The position numbers were made by a program, and so were the translations under genes. Source: Opitutales bacterium (GTDB lineage: Bacteria; Verrucomicrobiota; Verrucomicrobiia; Opitutales; JABSRG01). Taken from it: a DNA stretch of 47,217 nucleotides. Positions 29,523 through 37,429 of this stretch are shown here, piece after piece; the first letter of the stretch is position 1, and each line of letters starts with the position of its first letter. A model generated the notes under the pieces. It saw nothing but the letters and a program-made list of their open reading frames with translations, had not been told where the DNA came from and made no database searches. The stretch lies in contig JBMYOQ010000028.1 of assembly GCA_049599475.1 (NCBI GenBank), forward strand, positions 1-47,217, written 5' to 3'.

Positions 29523-30752
29523 TTAGAGGGGTTTAATCTCCCAGGGTTCTCGAAGAACCACCGATGCTCGATATGTCCCATTCATTCTCTCGAAACTATG
29601 CTTCGGCTCTACATCGAAACGGGCGATCGTTGGCTCATGCTGATATTTCACTTTTTTAGCCCATAGTGTAGCCTCGATATGGTAGGCACCCTGGGCCAGT
29701 GTATCAAAATTGAGCGGTATCGTTACTTCGAAACGCCCCGACCGAAATGACTCATGCCAATCACTGGCAACTCCAGACATTACAGGTCGATGCTGCTCAT
29801 CGTAAACAGTGATCCCCAGATTCAAATTCGTGGGATTTAGAACAATCAGTTCTATACACAGCGATTCGCCTTCCATGACTGCTGAATGAATTCGATTTTC
29901 CTCAACAAACGACTCACCACTCCCAAGTCTTTCAGCACGAAATCGACTCTTCGAGCTATCTAGATAGGCTTCAAGCACCTGTGAAGTTTCCCCAAACATT
30001 ACCATTCTACCTGCCTCTAAAAACATTGAACGATCGCAAAGCTCACGCACCGATTGTAGATTATGGCTTACTAGCAGAACTGTGCTCCCCGAAGATGCTA
30101 CCTCTCGCATACGCTCCATTGACTTCCTACGGAAATCCATATCTCCCACTGCCAACACTTCATCGATAATCAAGATTTCTGGATCCAGGTGGGCGGCTAC
30201 CGAAAAAGCCAAGCGCACTTTCATTCCGCTGGAGTATCGCTTTATGGGCGTATCAATAAACTTCTCGATACCTGAGAATTCGATCATGGCATCAAGCTTC
30301 TGATCGATCTCCTGTTTCTTCATTCCTAAAATAGTGCCATTAAGGTAGATATTCTCCCGTCCAGTAAGCTCTGGATGAAACCCAGTCCCCACCTCAAGCA
30401 AACTGGCTACCCTTCCCCTAATTTCAATGCGACCCGAAGTCGGTTCAGTAATTCGCGAAAGCAACTTAAGCAAAGTACTTTTGCCTGCACCGTTGTGCCC
30501 CACAACCCCCAGAACTTCCCCTCGCCGCACCTTAAACGAAAGATCGCGGACCGCCCACAGCGTATGCTCGTCATTTTCGGCTGACCGAAAAGTATTCAAT
30601 TTACTGATCTTCCGAAACTGTTCAAACGGATGTCGAAGCACCCCAAGGATTGAACCCACAAGCGTATCACTCGATTCTTTTTTTTCGCCAATCCGGTAGG
30701 CTTTCGACAAACCTTCGACATGGACAGCCAGCCCTGAATCCTTATGCGACAT
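29523..30752 (-). CDS. wzt: Polysaccharide ABC transporter ATP-binding protein with C-terminal Wzt_C extension
   Basis: GHNGAGKSTLLK, SLLEVGTGFHPELTGRENI, YSSGMKVRLAF, IIDEVLAVGD. ATG 30752 chosen. Confidence 0.92.
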   Translation of the reverse strand: MSHKDSGLAVHVEGLSKAYRIGEKKESSDTLVGSILGVLRHPFEQFRKISKLNTFRSAENDEHTLWAVRDLSFKVRRGEVLGVVGHNGAGKSTLLKLLSRITEPTSGRIEIRGRVASLLEVGTGFHPELTGRENIYLNGTILGMKKQEIDQKLDAMIEFSGIEKFIDTPIKRYSSGMKVRLAFSVAAHLDPEILIIDEVLAVGDMDFRRKSMERMREVASSGSTVLLVSHNLQSVRELCDRSMFLEAGRMVMFGETSQVLEAYLDSSKSRFRAERLGSGESFVEENRIHSAVMEGESLCIELIVLNPTNLNLGITVYDEQHRPVMSGVASDWHESFRSGRFEVTIPLNFDTLAQGAYHIEATLWAKKVKYQHEPTIARFDVEPKHSFERMNGTYRASVVLREPWEIKPL

Positions 30753-31563
30753 CAGCAAATATGCGTTCTCTCGATACAAAGAAAATCCAACCTGAAACAA
30801 AAATCAGGCTAGAAATACAAGTCCCCATGGCGACCCACGAGAATGGAAAATCAATGGTCTGCAAAAAGATCGACCTAAACCCCTCGATCACGCCAACCAT
30901 CGGGTTTAATGCGAAAACAGATTGCCACTCCTCGGGAACTAGACTCGCTGAAAATACAACAGGCGATCCATACATTGCCAACTGCACACCGAAACCCATT
31001 GCGTACTGAACATCCCGATACTGAATGGATAAAGCAGTCAACCAAAACCCCACACCAGTCGAACATAAGACCAATACCAAAATAAGCCACGGCAAGTAGA
31101 CAATATCCCAACTGGGTGCCTGGCCATAATACACTAATAGTACACCGAGGACTGCAAACGCTATCAAAAAATCGACCAGCTTAGCCAACATCGCGGAAAG
31201 CGGAATTACCAACCGTGGAAAATATACTTTGCTCAGCATGCCTGCATTTGCGACAAGGCTATTGCTGCTTCCGGTCAAGGAATTAGCGAAAAAAGTCCAA
31301 GGGACTAACGCGACAAAACTAAAAATTGCATACGGGGCTCCATCAGAGGGCACGCCTGCTAATCTCCCGAGAATTATCGTAAAGACGACCATTTGGAAAA
31401 CCGGCTGTATCACAGCCCAACCCACACCCAACAAGGATTGCGCATAGCGCGCGCGGATATCGCGCAACACCAAGAAAACGAGGAGGTCTCGGTAGTTATA
31501 GAGCTCCTTGAATCTGAATGAGGGCAACAGCCCCTTGCGCGATTCAATAATCGTTGTTTCCAC
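30742..31563 (-). CDS. wzm: Polysaccharide ABC transporter permease
   Basis: RDIRARYAQSLLGVGWAVIQP, KVYFPR, YRDV, LNP motifs and six TM segments. Confidence 0.92.
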   Translation of the reverse strand: METTIIESRKGLLPSFRFKELYNYRDLLVFLVLRDIRARYAQSLLGVGWAVIQPVFQMVVFTIILGRLAGVPSDGAPYAIFSFVALVPWTFFANSLTGSSNSLVANAGMLSKVYFPRLVIPLSAMLAKLVDFLIAFAVLGVLLVYYGQAPSWDIVYLPWLILVLVLCSTGVGFWLTALSIQYRDVQYAMGFGVQLAMYGSPVVFSASLVPEEWQSVFALNPMVGVIEGFRSIFLQTIDFPFSWVAMGTCISSLIFVSGWIFFVSRERIFADVA

Positions 31564-31574
31564 GGCCTATATTC

Positions 31575-32120
31575 TCAACTTAGCCAATCAGTCAATTCAT
31601 AGAGGTTCGGATCTATTTGAACAACTCTCCGCTTTCGCAATGCTTTCAGTTTTGATACGAGCCCTCCACCGGAACCCAAATCCCCTTCACCTTCGCCAGA
31701 ATCATCATCCATCAAATCTCCGAATTTTTCTTCGATACTTTCCAAGTCCTCCCCCGCCTTCAGGCGTCCTACCATTTCCTCCATATCTGGGGGTAATTTT
31801 TCTCCAGTTAGTGACGACATTTTCTCCATCATAGCGCCCATTGCCCGGGGGTCGGGATTATCTGGATCCATCCGCGACATCTCGCGCTCCATTTCTGCCA
31901 TAGCCCCAGCCAATTTCGGGTCGTCCATATCGAGATTTTCATTACTCGGATCTCCAGATTCCGACTCACCCTTGATGTAAGCAAAATTCGAAATCTTCTT
32001 TTCCATCCGATAGCTATCTCCATCAGGACAACGCGGCAGAGCGTCTTTTAAGGACAACGAACGCGCAAAAAATTGATAGATCTTATGCGTATCCGGGGAG
32101 TAATATTCGTAGATTGGCAT
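31575..32120 (-). CDS. FmdB-family zinc-ribbon-like protein with degenerate Cys ligands
   Basis: MPIYEYY N-terminus, PRCP..MEKKIS, acidic/Met-rich DPDNPDPRAMG helical tail. Confidence 0.65.
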   Translation of the reverse strand: MPIYEYYSPDTHKIYQFFARSLSLKDALPRCPDGDSYRMEKKISNFAYIKGESESGDPSNENLDMDDPKLAGAMAEMEREMSRMDPDNPDPRAMGAMMEKMSSLTGEKLPPDMEEMVGRLKAGEDLESIEEKFGDLMDDDSGEGEGDLGSGGGLVSKLKALRKRRVVQIDPNLYELTDWLS

Positions 32121-32122
32121 TA

Positions 32123-32262
32123 GGAGCTGGAAGGATGAAGGTTGAGGGATAAACGCTGAAAGCGTATTCGCTGTATCCGAAATCCCATACTATTCGCCCG
32201 TAAATTCTTGACTTTCATAATCACCCTCAAAATCGCTTCATCCTTCATCCCCAGGCTCCGCC
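32123..32262 (-). promoter_or_regulatory. Structured leader or inverted-repeat element between the NusG paralog and the glycan operon
   Basis: GAAGGATGAAG (32130-32140) pairs with CTTCATCCTTC (32236-32246), TTGAGGG with CCCTCAA, GGAGC with GCTCC. ops-like GGCGGAGCCTG on the minus strand at 32262-32252. Confidence 0.5.
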
Positions 32263-32328
32263 ATTGGTCATTTGCCTGAAAGCAAAACCAATCTGTATAT
32301 TCATTTGGGATATATTGTCTGCGAGCAC

Positions 32329-32832
32329 CTAATGCGGTTTCGCTAATGCAGCCTCAGCAGGAATATCAATTGCGATATCCCGGCCTAAAAATTCTAATAG
32401 GATTCGGATCCTGTCTCCAGAAGGCAGAGTGCCGATCACCCGTGCACTTTCTCCCTGAAAACACCCTTCCACTATATCGACAGGCGTGTCGGGCAAGAGC
32501 TCATCCGGGACTGCGATTGTGAGCTGCTCTCCTGGATATTCAGTTCTAAGCTCTTCGATCAACGCACTTGAGACCACGACCGGATCGACACCTCGTCTTA
32601 CGAGCCGACTGACGCCCGGAACCAAACCCAATGTGTCGACATTCTCATAATTCTCGGTCTCTACAAAAATATAGCTCGGGAATAACGACTCTCTAAAACG
32701 CTTCTTCCCCGTCCTCGTTTTTCTCTCGATCAGTAATTCCGGTGCATAGACCTCCGCCAGACCACGCGCAGCAATGTGCCCGGCGGCCACTTGCTCACGC
32801 TTTGGTTGAGTCCTAATACAGTACCAAGACAT
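32329..32832 (-). CDS. NusG-paralog transcription antiterminator (RfaH/UpxY-like)
   Basis: WYCIRTQPKRE, ESLFPSYIFV, PGVSRLV (NGN domain); VDIVEGCFQG...RIRILLEFLGR (KOW domain). Lies at the head of the glycan operon. Confidence 0.85.
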   Translation of the reverse strand: MSWYCIRTQPKREQVAAGHIAARGLAEVYAPELLIERKTRTGKKRFRESLFPSYIFVETENYENVDTLGLVPGVSRLVRRGVDPVVVSSALIEELRTEYPGEQLTIAVPDELLPDTPVDIVEGCFQGESARVIGTLPSGDRIRILLEFLGRDIAIDIPAEAALAKPH

Positions 32833-32836
32833 CGGG

Positions 32837-33346
32837 TCAGGTCCTAATAAATTGGTTGATGATCGGAATCAGCCTTCTTGCCGCACCGTTCAGATTTTTA
32901 ACTTGAGCGACTCTCGGTCCAAAGAAAGCGGCCTTGTCCTCGGAAATCTCTTTTCCCCACGACTCCAGATCCGCGATTTTCGAACGCGTTGCATCCAACT
33001 CAGGCATAATTTCTTCCCGCAAAAACCCGCTCACCAGATGACGAAAATTGGTCTCAGCGACAAAAAAATCCTTTCGCACACCTTCAACCTGTTGCGTTTT
33101 GACAGCTTTCAGCGTTCGTAGCGTCTTCAGTCCCTGACTTGCCGAGCCCAAGCTCATATTCAGCTCAGCCCGGATCTCCTCCATACTCATCGGATCCTCA
33201 GAAACATACAGCAAACCGTAGATCTCTCCCAATGAACGCGGATAGCCTAGGCGCTGAGCAATCTGCACGATGATCGTACGCAATTCAGCCTGGAGAGACT
33301 GTAGACTGTCTTCCTGGGCTGCCTGTTCTTTGAGTACCTCCGTCAT
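32837..33346 (-). CDS. GbsR/MarR-family (COG1510-type) transcriptional regulator
   Basis: GYPRSLGEIYGLLY...PMSMEEI...LNMSLGSASQGLKTL...RKDFFVAE winged-helix pattern. Confidence 0.85.
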   Translation of the reverse strand: MTEVLKEQAAQEDSLQSLQAELRTIIVQIAQRLGYPRSLGEIYGLLYVSEDPMSMEEIRAELNMSLGSASQGLKTLRTLKAVKTQQVEGVRKDFFVAETNFRHLVSGFLREEIMPELDATRSKIADLESWGKEISEDKAAFFGPRVAQVKNLNGAARRLIPIINQFIRT

Positions 33347-33372
33347 AGCGCTTTATGATAATCGTGTTTTAA

Positions 33373-33392
33373 ATTTCATTTTAAAATGAAAT
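33373..33392. promoter_or_regulatory. Perfect 20-bp palindrome ATTTCATTTTAAAATGAAAT, probable autoregulatory operator
   Basis: Lies 26 nt upstream of the regulator ATG, between a TTGATT -35-like hexamer and an AT-rich -10-like hexamer on the minus strand. Confidence 0.65.
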
Positions 33393-33528
33393 CAACTCAT
33401 AAGGCCCCCTTACGTAACTTTTAACGAATACTTAATTCCTGATTGACCTAGCTAATCCGCTAGCTCTCCATAACGGTCTCGTTCTCGTCCCCGGAGAAGT
33501 TCAACTGTAACCTCTATATAAATCGGAA

Positions 33529-35502
33529 ATGACCGACAGTGAATCTCGAATGCACTCCGTCTCTCAAGAGGAGCGCCTGTTTAACCCGAGCTCCGAGTTC
33601 TGCTCCAGCTCTCACATCCCAAGCCGCGAGGCTTACGACGAGCTCTACGCCAAGAGTATAGCCGATCCAGAAGCCTTCTGGGCCGAGATAGCGGAAGAAT
33701 TCACCTGGTATAAAAAATGGGATAAAGTCCTAGATAAGAGCGACGCCCCTTTCTTCAAGTGGTTCGATGGCGCTCAGACCAATATCACCGTCAACTGTAT
33801 CGACCGCCATCTAGACGGCCCCAACCGCAACAAGGCTGCGATTATCTGGGAGGGCGAGCCCGGCGATAGCCGAGTACTCACCTACTACGACCTATATCGT
33901 GAGGTAAACAAATTTGCCAATGGCATGCGTTCACTCGGCGTGAAAAAAGGCGACCGCGTAGCTATTTACCTAGGTATGGTTCCCGAGCTAATGATCGCCT
34001 GCTTGGCTTGCGCTCGTATCGGCGCAGTGCATACCGTAATTTTCGGCGGTTTCTCAGCAGATTCCATTCGCGACCGTGTCTTAGATAGCCAAGCGAAACT
34101 GGTCATCACCGGAGATGGTGCGTGGCGCCGCGGAAACGTCATTCCATTGAAAAAGGTTGTCGACGAAGCGATTGAAGGCGTGGACTGCGTAAAGGATGTG
34201 ATCGTAGTCCGCCGCGGCCGCGCAAACAGCTTCCCATGCCATATTGAAGAGGGAAGAGACCATTGGTATCACCGCATAGTGCAAGACGCATCGATGCACT
34301 GTGAACCCGAGGTCATGGAAGCCGAAGACATGCTCTTCCTCCTGTACACCAGCGGCACTACCGGCAAGCCTAAGGGCATCATCCATACGACGGCCGGCTA
34401 CATGATATATACGTATTTGACTACCAAATACACATTCGACATGTCGGCCAAAGATGTGTATTGGTGCACTGCGGACATCGGGTGGATCACTGGCCACAGC
34501 TACATGGCTTATGGTCCCTCCATGAATGCGGGGACACAAGTCATCTACGAAGGCGCCCCTAATTATCCAGACAACGGCCGCTTCTGGGATATTATCCAAA
34601 AATACGGCGTCACCATTTTCTACACAGCTCCTACAGCGATCCGAGCATTCATGAAATGGGGTGATCAGTGGGTAGATAAATACGACATCTCTTCGCTCCG
34701 CCTCCTCGGCACAGTTGGCGAACCAATCAATCCGGAAGCCTGGATGTGGTACCATGAAAAAATTGGCGGCGGCCGATGCCCAATCGTAGACACCTGGTGG
34801 CAAACAGAAACCGGCGGACATATGCTCACTCCGATGCCAGGCGCTATACCGACAAAACCCGGCTCAGCCACTGTCCCATTCTTTGGCATCGAGCCCCTCG
34901 TCCTTACTGAAGAAGGCGAAGAGGTCGACGCCGGTATTCTCGCTATTAAAAACCCATGGCCCGGTATGCTGCGCGGTATCTACGGAGATCCACAGCGCTT
35001 CAAAGACACTTACTTCGCCAAATGGGATGGCAAATACTACCTTCCCGGAGATGGCGTACGCAAAGACGAAGATGGCTACTTCTGGATCCTTGGCCGGATC
35101 GACGACGTTGTAAATGTCTCCGGACACCGGATCGGCACAGCCGAGCTGGAGAGCGTCTTCGTGGAGCACTCGGCAGTAGCGGAAAGCGCTGTCATTGGCG
35201 TCGATCACGCGATCAAGGGCCAAGCGCTTGTGGCTTTTGTCACCCTCAAAGAAGGTGCAGAAGGCGGTTCCATCATTCGTTCGGAACTGGTAGAGATGGT
35301 CGATCGCAGTATCGGGAAATTTGCACGCCCCGAGGGCATCCTATTCACACGCGATCTTCCGAAAACACGTTCCGGTAAGATCATGCGTAGACTCCTGCGC
35401 AACATCACCACGGGCGACGATCTCGGAAACACGACCACGCTAGCAGACCCCACTGTCGTGGATGAGCTCAAGGCACAGTGGAGCGCACTAATGGTTAAAT
35501 AA
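33529..35502 (+). CDS. acs: Acetyl-CoA synthetase (acetate--CoA ligase)
   Basis: YTSGTTGKPKG, WCTADIGWITGH, DTWWQTETGG, LPKTRSGKIMRR. Confidence 0.97.
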   Translation: MTDSESRMHSVSQEERLFNPSSEFCSSSHIPSREAYDELYAKSIADPEAFWAEIAEEFTWYKKWDKVLDKSDAPFFKWFDGAQTNITVNCIDRHLDGPNRNKAAIIWEGEPGDSRVLTYYDLYREVNKFANGMRSLGVKKGDRVAIYLGMVPELMIACLACARIGAVHTVIFGGFSADSIRDRVLDSQAKLVITGDGAWRRGNVIPLKKVVDEAIEGVDCVKDVIVVRRGRANSFPCHIEEGRDHWYHRIVQDASMHCEPEVMEAEDMLFLLYTSGTTGKPKGIIHTTAGYMIYTYLTTKYTFDMSAKDVYWCTADIGWITGHSYMAYGPSMNAGTQVIYEGAPNYPDNGRFWDIIQKYGVTIFYTAPTAIRAFMKWGDQWVDKYDISSLRLLGTVGEPINPEAWMWYHEKIGGGRCPIVDTWWQTETGGHMLTPMPGAIPTKPGSATVPFFGIEPLVLTEEGEEVDAGILAIKNPWPGMLRGIYGDPQRFKDTYFAKWDGKYYLPGDGVRKDEDGYFWILGRIDDVVNVSGHRIGTAELESVFVEHSAVAESAVIGVDHAIKGQALVAFVTLKEGAEGGSIIRSELVEMVDRSIGKFARPEGILFTRDLPKTRSGKIMRRLLRNITTGDDLGNTTTLADPTVVDELKAQWSALMVK

Positions 35503-35570
35503 AAATTATATTCTAAGGCTTTCGAGGGAAGGTTTTGGAATTTTTCCATTCATTGCTTCTCTTAAGCCTT

Positions 35571-36197
35571 ATGGATCGATTATCTAATTTTTTGAGGGCG
35601 TCCATGGGCGCCCTTTTTTTGCTCTGCATCACGGGGTGCACTGCCATCACCGCAAAAGATACTTCACCCGCCGATCATACGACTCCCGAAGGATTGAAAT
35701 CAGTCGTGGTGGGCGCAGGTTGCTTCTGGTGCGTTGAAGCTTTCTTTGAAAAACAAGAAGGCGTGACGGAAGCGATCAGCGGCTACGCTGGAGGCGAAAA
35801 AGCAGACCCTTCCTACCGCGAAGTAGCCGGAGGATTTACAAAGCATGCAGAAGTCGTAAAAATCATCTATGACCCCACTAAAACAGACTTACGCACTCTG
35901 ATAGACTTCTTCTGGACGACACACGACGTGACACGGGACGACGGCGTTTGGCCAGACTTCGGCCCCCAGTACCGCAGCATTCTGCTCTATGCAGACGAAG
36001 AGGAAAAAGCTATTTTCGAGGCAAGCAGAGACGCCTACGCGGAGGCAAACAATCTAAAGATCGCCACTGAAATATCCATGCTCAATGCCTTTTACTCCGC
36101 AGAGACCTATCACCAAGATTTCGCGCAAAAGAATCCAAGAAACGGGTACATCCAAAATATTCTAAATCCTAAGCTTAAAAAATTGGGCCTCAATTGA
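35571..36197 (+). CDS. msrA: Peptide-methionine (S)-S-oxide reductase, probable lipoprotein
   Basis: GAGCFWCVE, GYAGG, HAEVV, GPQYRS, AETYHQDF. Lipobox-like LLCITGC. Start at 35571 or 35604. Confidence 0.9.
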   Translation: MDRLSNFLRASMGALFLLCITGCTAITAKDTSPADHTTPEGLKSVVVGAGCFWCVEAFFEKQEGVTEAISGYAGGEKADPSYREVAGGFTKHAEVVKIIYDPTKTDLRTLIDFFWTTHDVTRDDGVWPDFGPQYRSILLYADEEEKAIFEASRDAYAEANNLKIATEISMLNAFYSAETYHQDFAQKNPRNGYIQNILNPKLKKLGLN

Positions 36198-36211
36198 TCT
36201 GCATTCGCCTC

Positions 36212-36901
36212 TCATTTGCTCTTCGCCAAACTCAACCAGGACAGAGTATGAAAAAATATAGCGTAGGGCACCAAAAACAGAGGAATGAGCCCTGTTGGAA
36301 ATAGCGACACTGGATTTGGGTGATCGAAGGAAAACAGCTGGAGAGGCGTATCCGACGAAAAGAATCCAAAAAAGAATGCGCTCACAAAATCCAACACACC
36401 TAATACACCCACCGCGTGAATTGACGCACTTGGCACCGTCTCTTCGTTTCTATAGAGAAGAAGGACACCGATAGCTAACACCCCCACAGCAATATCCCCA
36501 ATTCCCGCAGGGTAAGCGAAGACACCCGGGATATGACCACGAGCCATTTCGATTAGAAAAACGGCTCCTATTAATCGCCAAACCTGTAGGCCTATAAGCC
36601 ATTTCTGTGATAGGTTGTCAGCCAAGACACGGTCCCTAAAGATTACCAGGAAAACACTAGGGAGTATCCATGCGGCAGGAATGATCAAATTTCCCACAAG
36701 CCCCAGCTTCTGCGGAAGAGCCGTAATACATACCAAAAACATTACAGAGCCAAACGCTAGCCAAAGTGCCGCTAAAGCAGCTCCCACACGCAGTGATGCC
36801 TTACTAAACGCAAAAGTAGCCATCAAGTGAAATGGGGTGATCATCAAAGCGGCTACGACAATAAGCACTGTAACCGGGTGGGCCTCAAATAAAGTATACA
36901 T
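36212..36901 (-). CDS. Hypothetical polytopic membrane protein
   Basis: About seven hydrophobic helices, QVWRLIG, AGIGD and IPLFLVP motifs. Downstream of an HxlR gene and a palindrome. Confidence 0.75.
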   Translation of the reverse strand: MYTLFEAHPVTVLIVVAALMITPFHLMATFAFSKASLRVGAALAALWLAFGSVMFLVCITALPQKLGLVGNLIIPAAWILPSVFLVIFRDRVLADNLSQKWLIGLQVWRLIGAVFLIEMARGHIPGVFAYPAGIGDIAVGVLAIGVLLLYRNEETVPSASIHAVGVLGVLDFVSAFFFGFFSSDTPLQLFSFDHPNPVSLFPTGLIPLFLVPYAIFFHTLSWLSLAKSK

Positions 36902-36918
36902 AATAGAAAAGCTGATTC

Positions 36919-36963
36919 GCTTGCAAAAGAAAAGCTTTAACTTGCATTTTGCAAGTTAAAGCT
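36919..36963. promoter_or_regulatory. Palindromic operator, candidate HxlR-family site, with a degenerate second copy
   Basis: AGCTTTAACTTGCA-TTT-TGCAAGTTAAAGCT (36933-36963, perfect 14-bp arms) plus GCTTGCAAAAGAAAAGC (36919-36935). Confidence 0.6.
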
Positions 36964-37078
36964 GAGATTTTTCATTTATTTCTGATTCAAAGTTCAGTCA
37001 TAGCTACCGCATATGACCCGACCAGCAGTCAGCCATTCTAAGAAAAAACATGAGCAACACGTGAGCTATTGTGCCCAC

Positions 37079-37420
37079 TCAGACATCGTTCAAGAATGCC
37101 CCAGTTCCCGGAATATTCGCCTTACCCCAGTCCAATACTTCTTTCAACACAGGCTCTAGACTCTCTCCTTTCGCAGTGAGCCGATAAGCATCACGTCCGG
37201 CAATTCTTGGCGAAGGGTATTTCTCAACCAAACCATGCTCCAAAAGGCGCCCAAGACGATTCGATAGAATGTTCGTAGCTATTTTTTCAGGAGAAGACTC
37301 AAAATCTTTGAAATGCGAACAGCCTCTAAGCAGGTCACGTATTACTAAAAGCGTCCACTTATCACCAAAGATATCGAGCGAACTCGCCAAAGCACATTTT
37401 GATCTAAATTGCTTAGACAT
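37079..37420 (-). CDS. HxlR/DUF24-family transcriptional regulator
   Basis: RSKCALASSLDIFGDKWTLLVIRDL, IATNILSNRL, YRLTAKG. Confidence 0.92.
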   Translation of the reverse strand: MSKQFRSKCALASSLDIFGDKWTLLVIRDLLRGCSHFKDFESSPEKIATNILSNRLGRLLEHGLVEKYPSPRIAGRDAYRLTAKGESLEPVLKEVLDWGKANIPGTGAFLNDV

Positions 37421-37429
37421 CTTAAAACT

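Noticed and set aside
30678..30685. T8 tract in wzt and other 7-mers in glycan genes as phase-variation sites
   Set aside because: Reading frames are intact and such runs are expected in AT-rich genes. Only the tract at 25682-25689 has supporting frame evidence.
34081..34821. 246-aa antisense ORF inside acs, and the many other 60-180 aa shadow ORFs
   Set aside because: They overlap well-supported genes, lack motifs, and are explained by codon bias on the coding strand.
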